Positions 49,341 to 60,731 of a stretch of 64,000 nucleotides of DNA are shown in pieces. Both the position numbers and the translations under genes were made by a program. The notes beneath the pieces were generated by a model. It saw only the letters and a list, made by a program, of their open reading frames with translations, was not told the origin of the DNA and ran no database searches. The stretch lies in NCBI GenBank assembly GCA_963750165.1, contig CAVVPN010000003.1:1600001-1664000 (forward strand), read 5' to 3'. Each line of letters starts with the position of its first letter. Position 1 is the stretch's first letter. Source of the stretch: an uncultured Gemmataceae bacterium (GTDB lineage Bacteria; Planctomycetota; Planctomycetia; Gemmatales; Gemmataceae).

Positions 49341-49566
49341 CTAGAGCGGTTCGCGTTTGGGTAGCGCACAAGTCGTGGGACGGCTCTCCAGAGCCGTCAG
49401 CGTTCTCCCGACGGCTCTGGAGAGCCGTCCCACGACTTGTAGTCCACGCGACTGGGAACCGCTCTAGAGCGGTTCGCAGTTGGGTGTAGCGGAAGTCGCC
49501 AGACTTCCGTCCGGTGCTGCTCGGAAGTCTGGCGACTTCCGCTACACCCAGTCGCAATCTGCAATA
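49341..49566. mobile_element. Two tandem CTAGAGCGGTTC-type MITEs with different REP cargo
   Basis: CTAGAGCGGTTC...GAACCGCTCTAG (49341-49467) containing a GTGGGACGGCTCTCCAGAGCCGTC doublet; second unit contains a CGGAAGTCGCCAGACTTCCG doublet. Confidence 0.8.
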
Positions 49567-49798
49567 ACAGCAACCCATCCACGGCAAAAGTTTCGAGGTC
49601 GAGTTGAGCAGCGGTCCCTGCGGCGGCAAGGACGTTCCCGGTGGTGCGGTGTCGCCCTTCACTGGCAAATCCGTGCAGACGATCCTGAACGGGCATTACC
49701 GGCTCGTGGTCCCAGAGTCCGAAGCCGTAGCGGGGGATATTCTGGTTTGGGGGACGACACGCCGCGCTCGGTCCCACGCAGAGCCTGGGACCGAGGGT

Positions 49799-52700
49799 TT
49801 ATCGCGACCCCGGCCCGGACATGCCCATCAGGCCGCCGCTGGTGCCGCTGCCCATGCCGCCCATCGTGCCCATGCGGCGGCTGGCCGGCAGCAGGTTCGG
49901 ATACACCTGGAACAGGAAGCTGAACGTGCTCAGCGCCGAACTGTAGCTGAAGCCGATGTCCACCTCCACGTCCGAGCCGACGTGCGCAAAGAACGCCGAC
50001 ACGGTCTGCACCTTGTTGCCCACGTCGTCAGCCATCGTGAACGTCAGGGCGTACTTGCTGCTGAACGGGTAGGTGATGCTGGCGACGAACGTCTTGCTGT
50101 TGAGCGGGTCAATTTGCCGGTACATCAGCAAGACGTTCGTCTTGTCCGGCCGGTTGATCGTGCCGCCGAAGCTGAAGATGTGCGCCCCGTTCTGGAACGG
50201 TTCAAAAAAGCCCGAGCTGAACAGCGCCGTGCGGTCGCCGACGTTCCAGTTCCAGTCGTACTCCAGGAAGCCGACGTCGCTGCCGAAGTTCTGCGACGTG
50301 TTGGGAAAGAACGACGCCGACAGGTCCAGCGTCATCCAATCGACGATGTGCTGCTGCCCCAGGTAGCCGCGCTTCGTCTGCCAGCGCTGGCGGACATCGA
50401 ACTGGAAGGTGTTGATGCTGCCCAGCGTGTCGATGCGGTCCATGACCAGGCGGCGGACGGCCATCGACTGCGGATCGAACTGCGCCTGGGCCGGCAGCAA
50501 GGTGCCGACGCCGGGGTAGTAAATTGGCTCGAACGGCCGGATGTCGCGCATCGCCTGGTCGGTGGCGTCGTCGTGGATGCGGTCGAGCTGCGGCAGCAGG
50601 GTGTACGGTGTGTCGCTGTGGGCGATGTAGTAGTTGCCGCCCACTACTATCTTGTGAAAGATACCGTTGAGGTTGAGCAGCTCGCTGCACACGTCCGGGT
50701 AGAGCTTCGAGAAGGGGATGCTGCCGCGCATGCCGCCGCCGCCGTAGAAGCGGCCACGGCCCTCGCCCGCCAAGTCCTGCGTGTAGTACGTCAGGTCGAG
50801 CGTGGCGTACGGCACCAGTTTGAACGCTCCCATCTGGAACGGCAGACTGATTTCCTGGCCCCAGTCGAAGCGGCCGGTGGCGTCGTTCTGGTCGGTCGGC
50901 AGCAGCACGCCGGTCTGGTCCGATGTGCCGATCAGGTGGTAGTAGCCGGCGCTGCCGCGCGAGTTATACGTGAACAGGTCGAGGAATTTCTGGCCGATCA
51001 GGTAGCCCTGCACCTCGGGCAGCCGCTGCGCCTCGGTCACCCATTCGCGGAGGCGCGGCTCCGCCTTGATGTCCCACGCCATGATGCCCTGCTGCTGCTT
51101 GGCATAGAAGTACGTCTCCTGGTTCAGACCGCGCTGGAACTCCATCTGAAAGAACTGCTCAAGGAAGTTGCGGTCGGACAGCAGCGACACCTGGGACTGC
51201 ACCGAGAGGCCCATCGGCAGCTCCTGCATGTTGAGCTGACCGAGCAGGCGGCCGCGCCACTCGGGGTGCGGCGTATTCCAGAAATCGAGCTGCGGCACGA
51301 AGCTGGTGTACTGGCCCTCACCGCGGCCGCCGCCGAGCTGGTCGTTGCCGGTGTCGTGGATGCCGTACAGTTTGAAGTCACCGTTGGTCTTGTTGGGGAT
51401 GCCGAACATGTCCGTGATGCTGTACGCGAAGTCGGTGCCCAGGGCCGGGCCGCGCGCCGTCATCACGTCGGCGTAGAGCCGCCAGCGTGTGCCCGGCACG
51501 CGCTGCATCCCGAGCAACTCGTACAGGTCCCAGGTGGTGAACAGCTGGAAGCCGAAAATCTTGTTGTAGTTGAACGAGAAGTTGTCGAGTGGGCCGAGCG
51601 GATCGTTGACGTTGGCGGCGAGGTACGGCAGATAGAAGATCGGTACGCCGCCGATGTACAGGAGCATGTTGCGGCCCTGGAAAATCCGCTGCACTTCCTG
51701 TTCTTGCTGGCCGGTCTTGGGGTCGGTGAACGGGATGCCGAAGATGCTGTGCGCGGCACCGTGACGGTCTCGACCTGCGATGTGGTGAAGGTGACCTTGA
51801 TGCCGGGGTCCGAGGGCAGCTTGCTGGCGTTGAGGTCAGTCTCCTTGAGCTTGTACAGTTCGGCGTTGAGCTGGTCGATCTCCGGCGAGTTGATGTGGAC
51901 CGGATCGGCGACGCCCACTTCGCGGATTTCCATTTTGGCATTGAGGGCGATGGAGACGTTGCGGGCGGTGTTGTAATACACCTCGTCAGCGCGGATGAGG
52001 CGCGCCTCCTTGGGGCTCTGGTTGCGCAACTCGACGTTGCCGGACAGGTAGAACTCCTCGGGCGGCTGGTTGTTCTGATTGCCGCCGGTCTGGCGGAGGC
52101 CGTTGAGCGTGTCCTGGAAGTTGCCGCGTGTCCAGAAGACGAGGCGGTCGGCCTCGATGTCCACGAAGGTGCGGCCGTCGCCGGCCTGCAGGATGACGCC
52201 GCCGGTGACGACGACGATGGTTTCGCCGTTGGGCTGCGGGAAGTCGCGGGCCTTGAGTTCGATCAGGGACGAGCGCGGCACGATGACGAGCGAGCGCCGC
52301 GGTGCCGGGCCCATGTCTTCCAGCGGCACGACCTTTGGCTGCGGCCCAACCTGGGGCTGCTGCGATGGCTGGGACGGATTCGCCGGCACGCTCGGCGGCG
52401 GCACCTTGGGGGAAGTGTCGGGCGGCGTCGGCGGTTGCTGCAAGGGCTGGAATTGCTGGACCGGCGTGCCCTGCACCTGACCGGCAGGTGGCGTCGGTGC
52501 CGGGACCTGGGCGGCGGTTTGCTGCACCTGGCCGGGGGCGACGGCGCCTCCGGCGGATACGACGCCGCCAGTCGCTGGCCGCGCGCGCTCGGCGACGGTG
52601 CGCTGGTATAGCGGGTTCTGTGTCTGCGACTGGCTCACAATTGTGCCGACGTAAACATGTCCTTTCACCTGGGCGCTGGTAATCAGGGTGAACAGGGCCC

Positions 52701-53094
52701 GGGGCGTGGCCTGGGTGCCGATGACACTGTTGGAGCCGTCGAGCAGCTGGGTGAGGTTTTCGCCGTAGACCTCCACTTGATACTTGCCGGTCTTGCGCTG
52801 GCTCTCGAGGTTCACCCAGACGACGGCGTTTTCCATGCGGCCCTGGAGCACGCCCTGCTCGATGTAGGCGTCGCCGCTGAGGAGGAAGACCTGATAGTTT
52901 TGTTCGGTCCAGCTGGCGATGGTGCGGGCGGACAGGGTGATAGTCTGGTTGGCGGCGGGGTCGGTGCGATTCCAGGTGAGGCGGGCCGACTGGGCGAACA
53001 GGGACAGCGGGGCGCAGAGCAGCAGGAGGGCGGCGCAGGCGGCGCGGGCACCGCTGCCGGACGGCAGTCGAGGTATGCTGGATCGCGTGGTCAC
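49799..53094 (-). CDS. LptD/OstA-like outer-membrane protein; frameshift near 51750
   Basis: YLSGNVELR, ADEVYY, GVPIFYLPYL, SDRNFLEQFF and QRWQTKRG motifs; beta-barrel pattern at the C-terminus. Confidence 0.75.
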
Positions 53095-53218
53095 GGCGTC
53101 CCCCTCTCTGGCTCGTCTCATCCCTGCCCACCCCCGCGGTGCCGTCGGCGCGCGTCGGCCGCCCCGCGGGGCAACGCTGTTTCGTCGTGTTGAAAAACTT
53201 GAACGAAAAGAGCGGCGA

Positions 53219-53246
53219 AGTATAGAAAGCCGCACCGACCTGTCAA
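53219..53246 (-). promoter_or_regulatory. Sigma70-type promoter of the LptD-like gene
   Basis: TTGACA-N16-TATACT on the minus strand. Confidence 0.6.
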
Positions 53247-53324
53247 GGGCAAGCAGTCGTCCGGGTATGCCACGGCATTTTGGCAGAGGCTGGCAAGTGG
53301 GGGGGCACCCCCGTCATGGATTTG

Positions 53325-54386
53325 CTAGAACGGCAGCCGCTCGTCCTGTGCCGCCAGGATCACGGCCACCGTCGCGGGGATGAGCGGCAGCACCAGCGCC
53401 GGCAGCCAGCGCTTCCACCCCCGCAGTCGGGCCAGCCCAGGCAGCACCAGCGGCGCCAGCGCCAGCGGCGCCAGGCCCATTAGCAGGAAGCCTTCCCAGG
53501 GCACCGGCGGCTCGTTGCGTATCGGATTCCACTGACAAACGGTCATGGCCCCCGGCAGCAGCACCGCCACGGGGGCCAGGGCCGGGCCGGTGTCGCCCCG
53601 CACCAGCCAGGCAACGATGGCCGGCCCGGCGAGCACCGCGCCAACGAGCGGGGCCAGTTCGGAAAGTCGGGGGGCGGGGGCACACGCCGCCACCAGGCCG
53701 GCTGCCGCGCAACACAGGGCCAGCGCCGCCGGCACAGTGCCGTCGCGCCAGCGCCGGGCCAGGTGGGTGAGCAACGCCCATTCCGCCAGGAGGGCCGCAC
53801 TCAGGCACCAGGGCACCCACGGCATTTCCACGCGCAGCGGCGGCGCCTCAAACGAGGTCGAGAGCCCCGCGGTGAGCAGACGGCCTGCCAGCACGGCGAC
53901 CAGCGTCCGCGCCGTCCAACCGAGGCTGGCGGGCACGCGCGGCAGTCGGGCGAGCAGTTCTACCAGCAGCGCCAGCCCGCCCAGCCAGGGCAACCAGTAG
54001 CCGGGCGGTGGCAGCGGCAGTTCATACTCGGGTTCGGGGGAGTCGGATGCTTCGGGGTCGCCGACTTTGGGGGGCGGTTTCGCCTCCAGCGACCAGCCGA
54101 GGACGGTCGCCAGGTCGTCCACGGTCAGGGGACGGTCCTGCAACTTGCCCTCCGGCGTGGGCTCCGTGTCAAGATGCACGCGGATCGGGTCACGGAGGCG
54201 CGTCTCGTTGCCCACGAATACGCCAGCCGCCAGCGCCAGCGCCGCGGCCAGGGGCGCCAGGCGCGTGGCCCTCAGGGCAAGCAACACCAGCATCAGCGCC
54301 GGCATCAGCACCAGCGACGTGAGCAGCGCCGGGCCCACCAGGGTCAGCGACTTGTCCGCCAGGACCTCCACCATCGGCTCGGGCAT
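53325..54386 (-). CDS. Hypothetical polytopic membrane protein
   Basis: 353 aa, many hydrophobic helices; AAGGAGG RBS. Confidence 0.75.
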   Translation of the reverse strand: MPEPMVEVLADKSLTLVGPALLTSLVLMPALMLVLLALRATRLAPLAAALALAAGVFVGNETRLRDPIRVHLDTEPTPEGKLQDRPLTVDDLATVLGWSLEAKPPPKVGDPEASDSPEPEYELPLPPPGYWLPWLGGLALLVELLARLPRVPASLGWTARTLVAVLAGRLLTAGLSTSFEAPPLRVEMPWVPWCLSAALLAEWALLTHLARRWRDGTVPAALALCCAAAGLVAACAPAPRLSELAPLVGAVLAGPAIVAWLVRGDTGPALAPVAVLLPGAMTVCQWNPIRNEPPVPWEGFLLMGLAPLALAPLVLPGLARLRGWKRWLPALVLPLIPATVAVILAAQDERLPF

Positions 54387-54407
54387 GACGGCGCCTCCTT
54401 TGTGGGC

Positions 54408-54486
54408 ATGAGGGGGTGAACGGGTGAGGGGGTGAAAGAGCAGTTGTCTATCACCCCCTCACCCGTTCACCCCTCACCCCCTCATC
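54408..54486. repeat. Inverted octamer array (GGGGTGAG family)
   Basis: Same unit as 29174-29285. Confidence 0.8.
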
Positions 54487-54491
54487 CGCCG

Positions 54492-55031
54492 CTACTTCGC
54501 CCTGACGGTCACCTTCAGGCTCACGTCGTCATCGACCATGCCCTTGCCGTAGCTGACGCCCCAGTCGTGGCGGTTGATCTTGAAGCTACTCGTCAGGCTC
54601 AGCGTGCCGCCGCTGACGTCAATCTTCGCGGGGAAGCTCACCTCCCTGGTCTTGCCGCGCATCGTCAGCTTGCCCGTCATCGTGTAGCCGTCACCGCTCT
54701 TCTCCACCTTCGAGGACACAAACTTCGCCTTGGGGTAGTTCTTCGCGTCGAAGAATTCTGGCTGCTTGAGGTGGTTGGTCAGCTTGGCGGTGTCGGTGTA
54801 CAGCGAATTCACGTCGAACTCGACGGCCACCTTGAGCGTGGTCGGGTCGGTGCCGTTGATCGTCGCGGTGCCGGTCACCTTCTTGAAACCGCCCTCGTGT
54901 TTGCCCTTGGGCTTGGTGCCCACGAAGGTCACCTTGGCGTTCTCGGCGTTCAGGACGATCTTCGTCAAGCCCGCCTCGTTCGTCGTCGCCAGCAGCGCCA
55001 GCACAATCACCGCCATCAGCACACGCACCAT
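54492..55031 (-). CDS. YceI-family protein
   Basis: HEGGFK, LTNHLK..EFFD..YPKAKF, GKLTMRGKT motifs. Confidence 0.92.
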   Translation of the reverse strand: MVRVLMAVIVLALLATTNEAGLTKIVLNAENAKVTFVGTKPKGKHEGGFKKVTGTATINGTDPTTLKVAVEFDVNSLYTDTAKLTNHLKQPEFFDAKNYPKAKFVSSKVEKSGDGYTMTGKLTMRGKTREVSFPAKIDVSGGTLSLTSSFKINRHDWGVSYGKGMVDDDVSLKVTVRAK

Positions 55032-55137
55032 GACAGTGTCCTCCCTGAATGAAAATGTAGGGCGAATCGGTGGAGTTACTGTAATGGCTCTGCTCGGCTC
55101 AAGCAATAGTTGATCGATCAATTTTTTCTGGGCGGCG

Positions 55138-55976
55138 TCACCCCGCCAGGCATTCGCGCAGGTAGCGCACGCCGTGAGCCACGTCCGCCAGGCGCTGTTC
55201 CTGGTCGCCGACCTCACGCTCGATGCACAGCGGGCCGCGGTAACCGACCTTCTTCAGCGTCTGAAGGAATTGCTTGATGTTGACCTGGCCCTGGCCGAGC
55301 GGCACCTCGTCGCCCCAGACGCCGGGTGTCTTCGTGCGGTTGGCGTCCTTGACGTGGACACTGCGAATGTCCGGTCCCAGGATTTCCACCGCCCGCAACG
55401 GGTCGCCCATCTCGTACAGCAGCACGTTGGCCGGGTCGAAGTTGACCTTCAGGTTCGGGCAGCGCAGCTCGTCCAGCGTCAGCCGCAGCAGGTCCGCCGT
55501 CTCCTGGCCCGTCTCGAACGCCACCGTCACGCCCTGCGCCTGCGCCAGATCGCTGACCTGCGCCAGTGTGTCCAGGAACGGCCTGCGCTCGGGCTTGCCC
55601 GGCTCCGGGATGAAGCCGGCGTGCAGCATCAGGTCCGTCAGGCCCAGCGCCCGCGTCCGCTCCAGCGCCACTGAAAGCGCGCCAGCCGCTCCGGCCGCAG
55701 CGCCGGGTCGCCGAAGCCGCCTGTCTTCTGAATGGTCGCCGGCGTTGTGTAGTCCTCGCCGGGGAAGCCGAGCATCGCTCCCGTCATGCGGAAGCCCGCC
55801 GCCTTCGCGGCTTCCGGCATGCGGTCGCCCTCCTCCCAGGAGGCGTGGTGCGGGTCGCCACACGCGATCTGCACCACGTCCAGGCCGAGGCGATCCAGAA
55901 GCCGCTTCAGCTCGGGCACACTCTTGACCTGCAGCGACCAGCTGCACACGCCGATGGCGAGCGGTTCGATGCTCAT
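55138..55976 (-). CDS. Sugar phosphate isomerase/epimerase (TIM barrel); frameshift near 55670
   Basis: ETGQE, NFDPAN, HVKD and IERE motifs. Confidence 0.85.
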
Positions 55977-55993
55977 GTGGTGATCTCCGAATG

Positions 55994-56048
55994 ATGAGGG
56001 GGTGACAGAGGACCGTCTTTCACCCCCTCACCCCTTCACCCCCTCATC
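55994..56048. repeat. Inverted octamer array (GGGGTGAG family)
   Basis: GAGGGGGTGA...TCACCCCCTCACCCCTTCACCCCCTCA. Confidence 0.75.
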
Positions 56049-56049
56049 C

Positions 56050-56397
56050 TCAACCGGGGGCGGGTTCGATGGTGCAGCCGAGCGGGCCAAACTTGGTGCC
56101 GTCGGCGCGGATCTCGTGGAAACTGAGGATCTGCTCCTGTTTCAACTCGGCCACTTCGCGAGTGCCCGTCCAGACGATGGCCCGGCCGGTGTCGTGCGCC
56201 AGCTTCGTCAGCGTGAACGCCCGCTGTTCGGTACAGCCGAGCGCCTTTTGCAGCACCTCCATGACGAACTCGAAGCTGTGATAATCATCGTTTTCGAGGA
56301 TGACGTTGTACGGCGGCTGCCGGCGCGTCTTCGTTTCCTCGCGTTCCCGGGGTTTGGTGGTGATGTTCGTGTCGGGCAGGGAAGGATCGGTGCTCAT
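56050..56397 (-). CDS. clpS: Clp protease adaptor ClpS
   Basis: PPYNVILENDDYHSFEFV...AHDTGRAIVW..TREVAE. Confidence 0.92.
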   Translation of the reverse strand: MSTDPSLPDTNITTKPREREETKTRRQPPYNVILENDDYHSFEFVMEVLQKALGCTEQRAFTLTKLAHDTGRAIVWTGTREVAELKQEQILSFHEIRADGTKFGPLGCTIEPAPG

Positions 56398-56486
56398 GGG
56401 GCCTCCGCGGGGATCGGACACCTTCTTTTCCCTGGAAGTATACACCAGGGACAGCGACCCGTCTTTCCGCCGCTTGCGGCGGAAAA

Positions 56487-57917
56487 TCACTTGCGCGGCC
56501 GCTTGTAAAGGTGCGTCGCCAGGCCGTGCAGCGTCTCGGCAGCCTCGCCGAGCGTCTCCGACAGCGTTGGGTGCGGGTGGATGCTCATCGCCAAATCGCG
56601 GGCCGTGGCACCCATCTCGACGGCGACGACCCCCTCCGCGATCAGTTCGCCCGCCCCCGGCCCCACCAGGGCCACGCCCAGCACGCGATCCGACTTCGGG
56701 TCCACCAGAATTTTCGTCAACCCGTCCGAGCGGCCCAGCGACCTGGCCCGGCCGGACGCCGCCCAGGGGAAGCGGCCGATGTTCACGTCACGGCCGGTCT
56801 TCTTCGCCTCGGTTTCGGTCAGACCGCACCAGGCGATTTCCGGATCGGTGAACACCACCGCCGGGATGGCCCGCGGCTCCCACACCGCCGGCTCGCCCAG
56901 AAGCGCCTCGACCGCGACCTTGCCCTCATGGGCCGCCTTGTGCGCCAGCATTGGCTCGCCGGCCACGTCGCCGATGGCGAAAATGTTCTCGTTCGCGGTG
57001 CGGCGCTGCTCGTCCACCTGCACGAAACCCTTGGCGTCCAGCAGCACCCCCGCCCGGTCGAGGCCGAGGTTCGCGGTGCTGGGCCGCCGGCCGACCGCCA
57101 CCAGCACGCGCTCGAACTTCTGTTCCTGCGTAACGCCCGCGCCCTCCAGCGTCGCCACGATGCCGTCGCCCTGGTCCGCCACCTTCGTCACCTTCGTTTT
57201 CAGCAGCACCTGCTGAAACAGGCCCGCGCCCGGCTTTTCGCTCACCAGTCGCTTCGCCAGGTGGCCGACGAGGTCCGCGTCCACGCCCGGCAGCAGCGCA
57301 TCCATCAGTTCGACAACGGTGACCTGGCTGCCAAGCGCCGCGTACACCGTGCCCATCTCCAGGCCGATGTAGCCGCCGCCGATCACCAGCAGCGACCTCG
57401 GCACTTCCGGGAGTTGCAGCGCACTGGTGGAGTCGAGCAGGCGCGGGCTGTCCAGGCTCAGGTGCGGCAGCTTCGTCGGGCTGGAGCCGGTGGCGATGAT
57501 GCAGTGCCGGAAGCGGATGTGCTGGCCGTTCTCCAGCCGCAGGCTCTGGCTGTCGGCGAAGGTGGCGCGGCTGGAGATGTACGTCACCTTGCGCTGCTTC
57601 GCCAGGAAGGCGAGGCTGCTGGCCATCTCATCGACGATCCTGTCCTTGCGGGCGCGCAACTGGTCGAGGTCGATCGTTGGCGGCAGGAAGTGCAGGCCCC
57701 AGGCGTCGGCCTCGCGGGTGGCCTCGGTGATGACGCGGGCGGCGTGCAGCAGGGCCTTGGAGGGGATGCAGCCGCAGTGCAGACAGACGCCACCGGGTTT
57801 GGGCCGGGAGTCGATGAGCGTGACCTGTTTGCCGCGGTCGGCCGCCAGGAACGCCGCCGAGTAGCCGCCGGGGCCGGCACCTAGCACGACCAGTTCGCTT
57901 TCGGTGATTTCGGCCAT
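56487..57917 (-). CDS. lpdA: Dihydrolipoyl dehydrogenase (E3)
   Basis: GAGPGGY, GGVCLHCGCIPSK, GGGYIG and HPHPTLSE motifs. Confidence 0.97.
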   Translation of the reverse strand: MAEITESELVVLGAGPGGYSAAFLAADRGKQVTLIDSRPKPGGVCLHCGCIPSKALLHAARVITEATREADAWGLHFLPPTIDLDQLRARKDRIVDEMASSLAFLAKQRKVTYISSRATFADSQSLRLENGQHIRFRHCIIATGSSPTKLPHLSLDSPRLLDSTSALQLPEVPRSLLVIGGGYIGLEMGTVYAALGSQVTVVELMDALLPGVDADLVGHLAKRLVSEKPGAGLFQQVLLKTKVTKVADQGDGIVATLEGAGVTQEQKFERVLVAVGRRPSTANLGLDRAGVLLDAKGFVQVDEQRRTANENIFAIGDVAGEPMLAHKAAHEGKVAVEALLGEPAVWEPRAIPAVVFTDPEIAWCGLTETEAKKTGRDVNIGRFPWAASGRARSLGRSDGLTKILVDPKSDRVLGVALVGPGAGELIAEGVVAVEMGATARDLAMSIHPHPTLSETLGEAAETLHGLATHLYKRPRK

Positions 57918-57930
57918 GAATGTCCCTCGA

Positions 57931-58046
57931 AAAGGGGTTCATCACAAAGACACAAAGAAACACAAAGGAAAGACAAGGATATAGTTCGTTTGGTCTTTTT
58001 TTTGTCTTCTTTGTGTTTCTTTGTGTCTTTGTGGTGAACCCTCTTT
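57931..58046. repeat. AT-rich inverted repeat with ACACAAAG tandem units
   Basis: GGGTTCATCACAAAGACACAAAGAAACACAAAG ... CTTTGTGTTTCTTTGTGTCTTTGTGGTGAACCC. Confidence 0.85.
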
Positions 58047-59336
58047 ACGCATGCAGCAACATCACCAGCGGGTTTTCCAGCATCTCCGCGAGGCGGCGCG
58101 TGAAGCGCGCCGCGTCGGCGCCGTCGATGACACGGTGGTCGTACGACAGCGACAGCGGCAACAGCAACCGCGGCACAATCGCGCCGTGGCGCTCCACCGG
58201 CTGCAGCCGGCTCCGCGACATGCCCAGGATCGCCACCTCCGGATAATTGACGATCGGCGTGAAGCTGGTGCCGCCAATGCCGCCCAGGTTCGTGATCGTG
58301 AACGTACCGCCGCTCATGTCGTCGCCGGTCAACTTCTTGTCGCGCGCCCTGGCCGCCACCTCGCCCAGTTCCTGCGCCAGCTCGTGGACGCTCTTTTTGT
58401 CCACATCGCGCAACACCGGCACCACCAGGCCGCGGTCGGTGTCCACCGCGACGCCCAGGTGATAGTAGCGCTTGTAGACCAGCTGGTTGCCCGCCAGGTC
58501 GAGGCTGGCGTTGAAGTGCGGGAACTGCTTCAGCGCAATCGCCGCCGCCTTCAGCGCGAACGCCGTCACCGTCAATTTGGGGCCCTTGCCGTCCTGCTGC
58601 TTACGGAACGCCTCCAGGTCCGTCACGTCCGCCAGATCATGCTGCGTCACGTGTGGGATCAGGTTCCACGACAGGCTTAACCGCTCGGCGATGGTGCGGC
58701 GCAGGCTCGTCAGCGGCTGGCGCTCGACGGCGCCCCACTTCTCGAACTGCGGCAGCGGCGGCGCCTGCAGGACACCCCCGCCGCCGGCCGGGGCGGTGGT
58801 GAGCTGGCGGACGAACGCCTGCACGTCCTCCTGGCTGACGCGGCCGCGCGGTGCGGTGCCGGTCACGCGCCGCAGATCGACGCCCAGCTCACGGGCCAGG
58901 CGGCGCGTCGCGGGGCCGGCCGGCGGCACCACCTCGTCGCCGTCCTCAGCGACCGCGGTGGGCGCCGACGCCACGGCGGGAGCGGCGACCAGGGCCGGCG
59001 GTTGCTTCGGCGCTGGCGGCGGGGGCGCGGGTTTGTCCGGCTTCTTCGGCTCCGGCGTGGGGGCCGTCGCCGCGGGCGCGGCAACCGCGGCGCCGTTGGG
59101 ACCGCCTTCCAGCTCGAACAACAGCTGACCGATCTTGACGTGATCGCCCTTCTTGACGAGCACCTTGGTGATGCGCCCGGCGCCGGCGCCTTGACCTCGA
59201 CCGTGCTCTTTTCGACCTCGACTTCCAGCAGTGGTTGATTCTGGGCGACCTCAGCGCCGACGTTGACCTTCACGTCCACCACGTCGCCGCTTTTGAAGCC
59301 CTCGACCAGTTTGGGCAGCTTGATTTCGCTGGCCAT
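58045..59336 (-). CDS. aceF: 2-oxo-acid dehydrogenase E2 (dihydrolipoamide acetyltransferase); frameshift near 59180
   Basis: Lipoyl domain (EVEKSTVEV), AGPATRRLARELGVDL, GGTFTITNLGG and DHRVIDG motifs. Confidence 0.9.
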
Positions 59337-59433
59337 GCTGACTCCCCTTCGCCAAGCGTTCCGCACCGTTCCCGGATGCCCCTCTACCAATAATGTAGGG
59401 GAAGCAATCAAGGGCGGTTAGGTGGTGGGGGGG

Positions 59434-59515
59434 GGTGGGGTGGTACGGTCTTCGCTTTTAGTTTCGCGCGGACTCTATCCCCGCGAAACTACAAACGAAG
59501 ACCGCACTACCCACC
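59434..59515. repeat. Imperfect inverted repeat
   Basis: CGGTCTTCGCTTTTAGTTTCGCG...CGCGAAACTACAAACGAAGACCG. Confidence 0.65.
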
Positions 59516-59566
59516 GATAGGAGCCAATCATGATCGAGTTCTCGACGGTCATGCTGACCCGGCTGC

Positions 59567-60508
59567 TCATTCCAACTGCCCCCCGAGGGGGAGCCCGTCG
59601 CTGGGCAGCAGCGCCCGCCACCAGATGGTGCCGCTGATGCCTGGGGACACGTTGCGCACGCTGCCGTCCACCAGGGCCACCTGGCAGCCGGCCGGCGAGT
59701 ACGCTTGCGGGGTGTAGCACGAGTCCGCCCCGACCACTGGGCTGACCTCGAACACCGAGGCGTGGATCAGGAACGGTGCCCACCGCGACGGCCCCGCGCC
59801 GTCGTCGCCCCAGGTGCGGGCGCCGTAGACGCCTCCGCCGTAATCGCACTTGCCGGCGTAACGCTCCACGAACAGGATCGTGTTCGAGGTCCCGTCCCGC
59901 ACGTCCTGCGGAATGCGCGGATACACGTTCGTCAAGCCGTCGGCCGTGTCGCCGTTCGTCGCCACGCAGTTGCCCAGGAAGTAACACATGGCGTTGCTGG
60001 CGCCGCTGAACAGGTAGCCGTTGGCCTCGTAACTGCACACGCCGGCCAGGACGCCCTGGCTGTTGGCCATGATCTGGCCGGCCTGCTGCCCCGGGTCGAG
60101 CGGCGCCAGGAACACGTTGAGCACTACCGTGCTCGTGTAGGAATGGCCCGTGGTCGTGTTGTAGACGTTATCCTGTTCCAGGTAGGGCAGCAGGAAGTAG
60201 TGCAAGGTGCCGTGCTTCGCTGGCGTGAACGTGGTGCCGGTGGCGCCGCGCGGGAAATACCCCCAGCCGGTGGGCAGGTACTTGTATGTGCTGTGCAGGT
60301 CGTGGCACGCCGTCCCGAGTTGCTTGAGGTTGTTGATGGACTGGGTACGGCCGGCGGCCTCGCGGACCTTTTGCACCGCCGGCAGCAGCAGGCCGATCAG
60401 GATGGCGATGATCGCGATCACCACCAGCAGTTCAATCAGCGTGAAGGCGTGGCGACTGCGGTGGGGTGGGCATGGTACTGGCAGCACGATTCGGTGGGTG
60501 TTGAACAT
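59567..60508 (-). CDS. DUF1559 prepilin-type protein
   Basis: [14 protein letters not shown]...[27 protein letters not shown]. Confidence 0.93.
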   Translation of the reverse strand: MFNTHRIVLPVPCPPHRSRHAFTLIELLVVIAIIAILIGLLLPAVQKVREAAGRTQSINNLKQLGTACHDLHSTYKYLPTGWGYFPRGATGTTFTPAKHGTLHYFLLPYLEQDNVYNTTTGHSYTSTVVLNVFLAPLDPGQQAGQIMANSQGVLAGVCSYEANGYLFSGASNAMCYFLGNCVATNGDTADGLTNVYPRIPQDVRDGTSNTILFVERYAGKCDYGGGVYGARTWGDDGAGPSRWAPFLIHASVFEVSPVVGADSCYTPQAYSPAGCQVALVDGSVRNVSPGISGTIWWRALLPSDGLPLGGQLE

Positions 60509-60731
60509 GGTCGAATGAAAACCTTGCAAGGGTTCGCCGCCGAGGCAGGTTATTTCTCCCATGATTTATAGTTTAGATGGGGTTGGCAGCGGCCGCAAGG
60601 AAAACCTCGCCCCGGCACCCCGGCGACCGACAGGACGAACGCGGCGCCGGTTGCGGTTTTCCGGCTTGGTCCCGTGGCGTAAAATAGCCAGTGGGCAATA
60701 CGCCGACCTTCCCGCAGGAGAGCCGTTCCTC

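Noticed and set aside
2417..59336. Frameshifts near 2490, 8985, 38830, 43245, 48710, 51750, 55670 and 59180 as programmed frameshifting or true pseudogenes
   Set aside because: They are mostly single-base losses in GC runs, occur in likely essential genes (lptD-like, aceF) and share no slippery motif; long-read consensus errors are the simplest explanation
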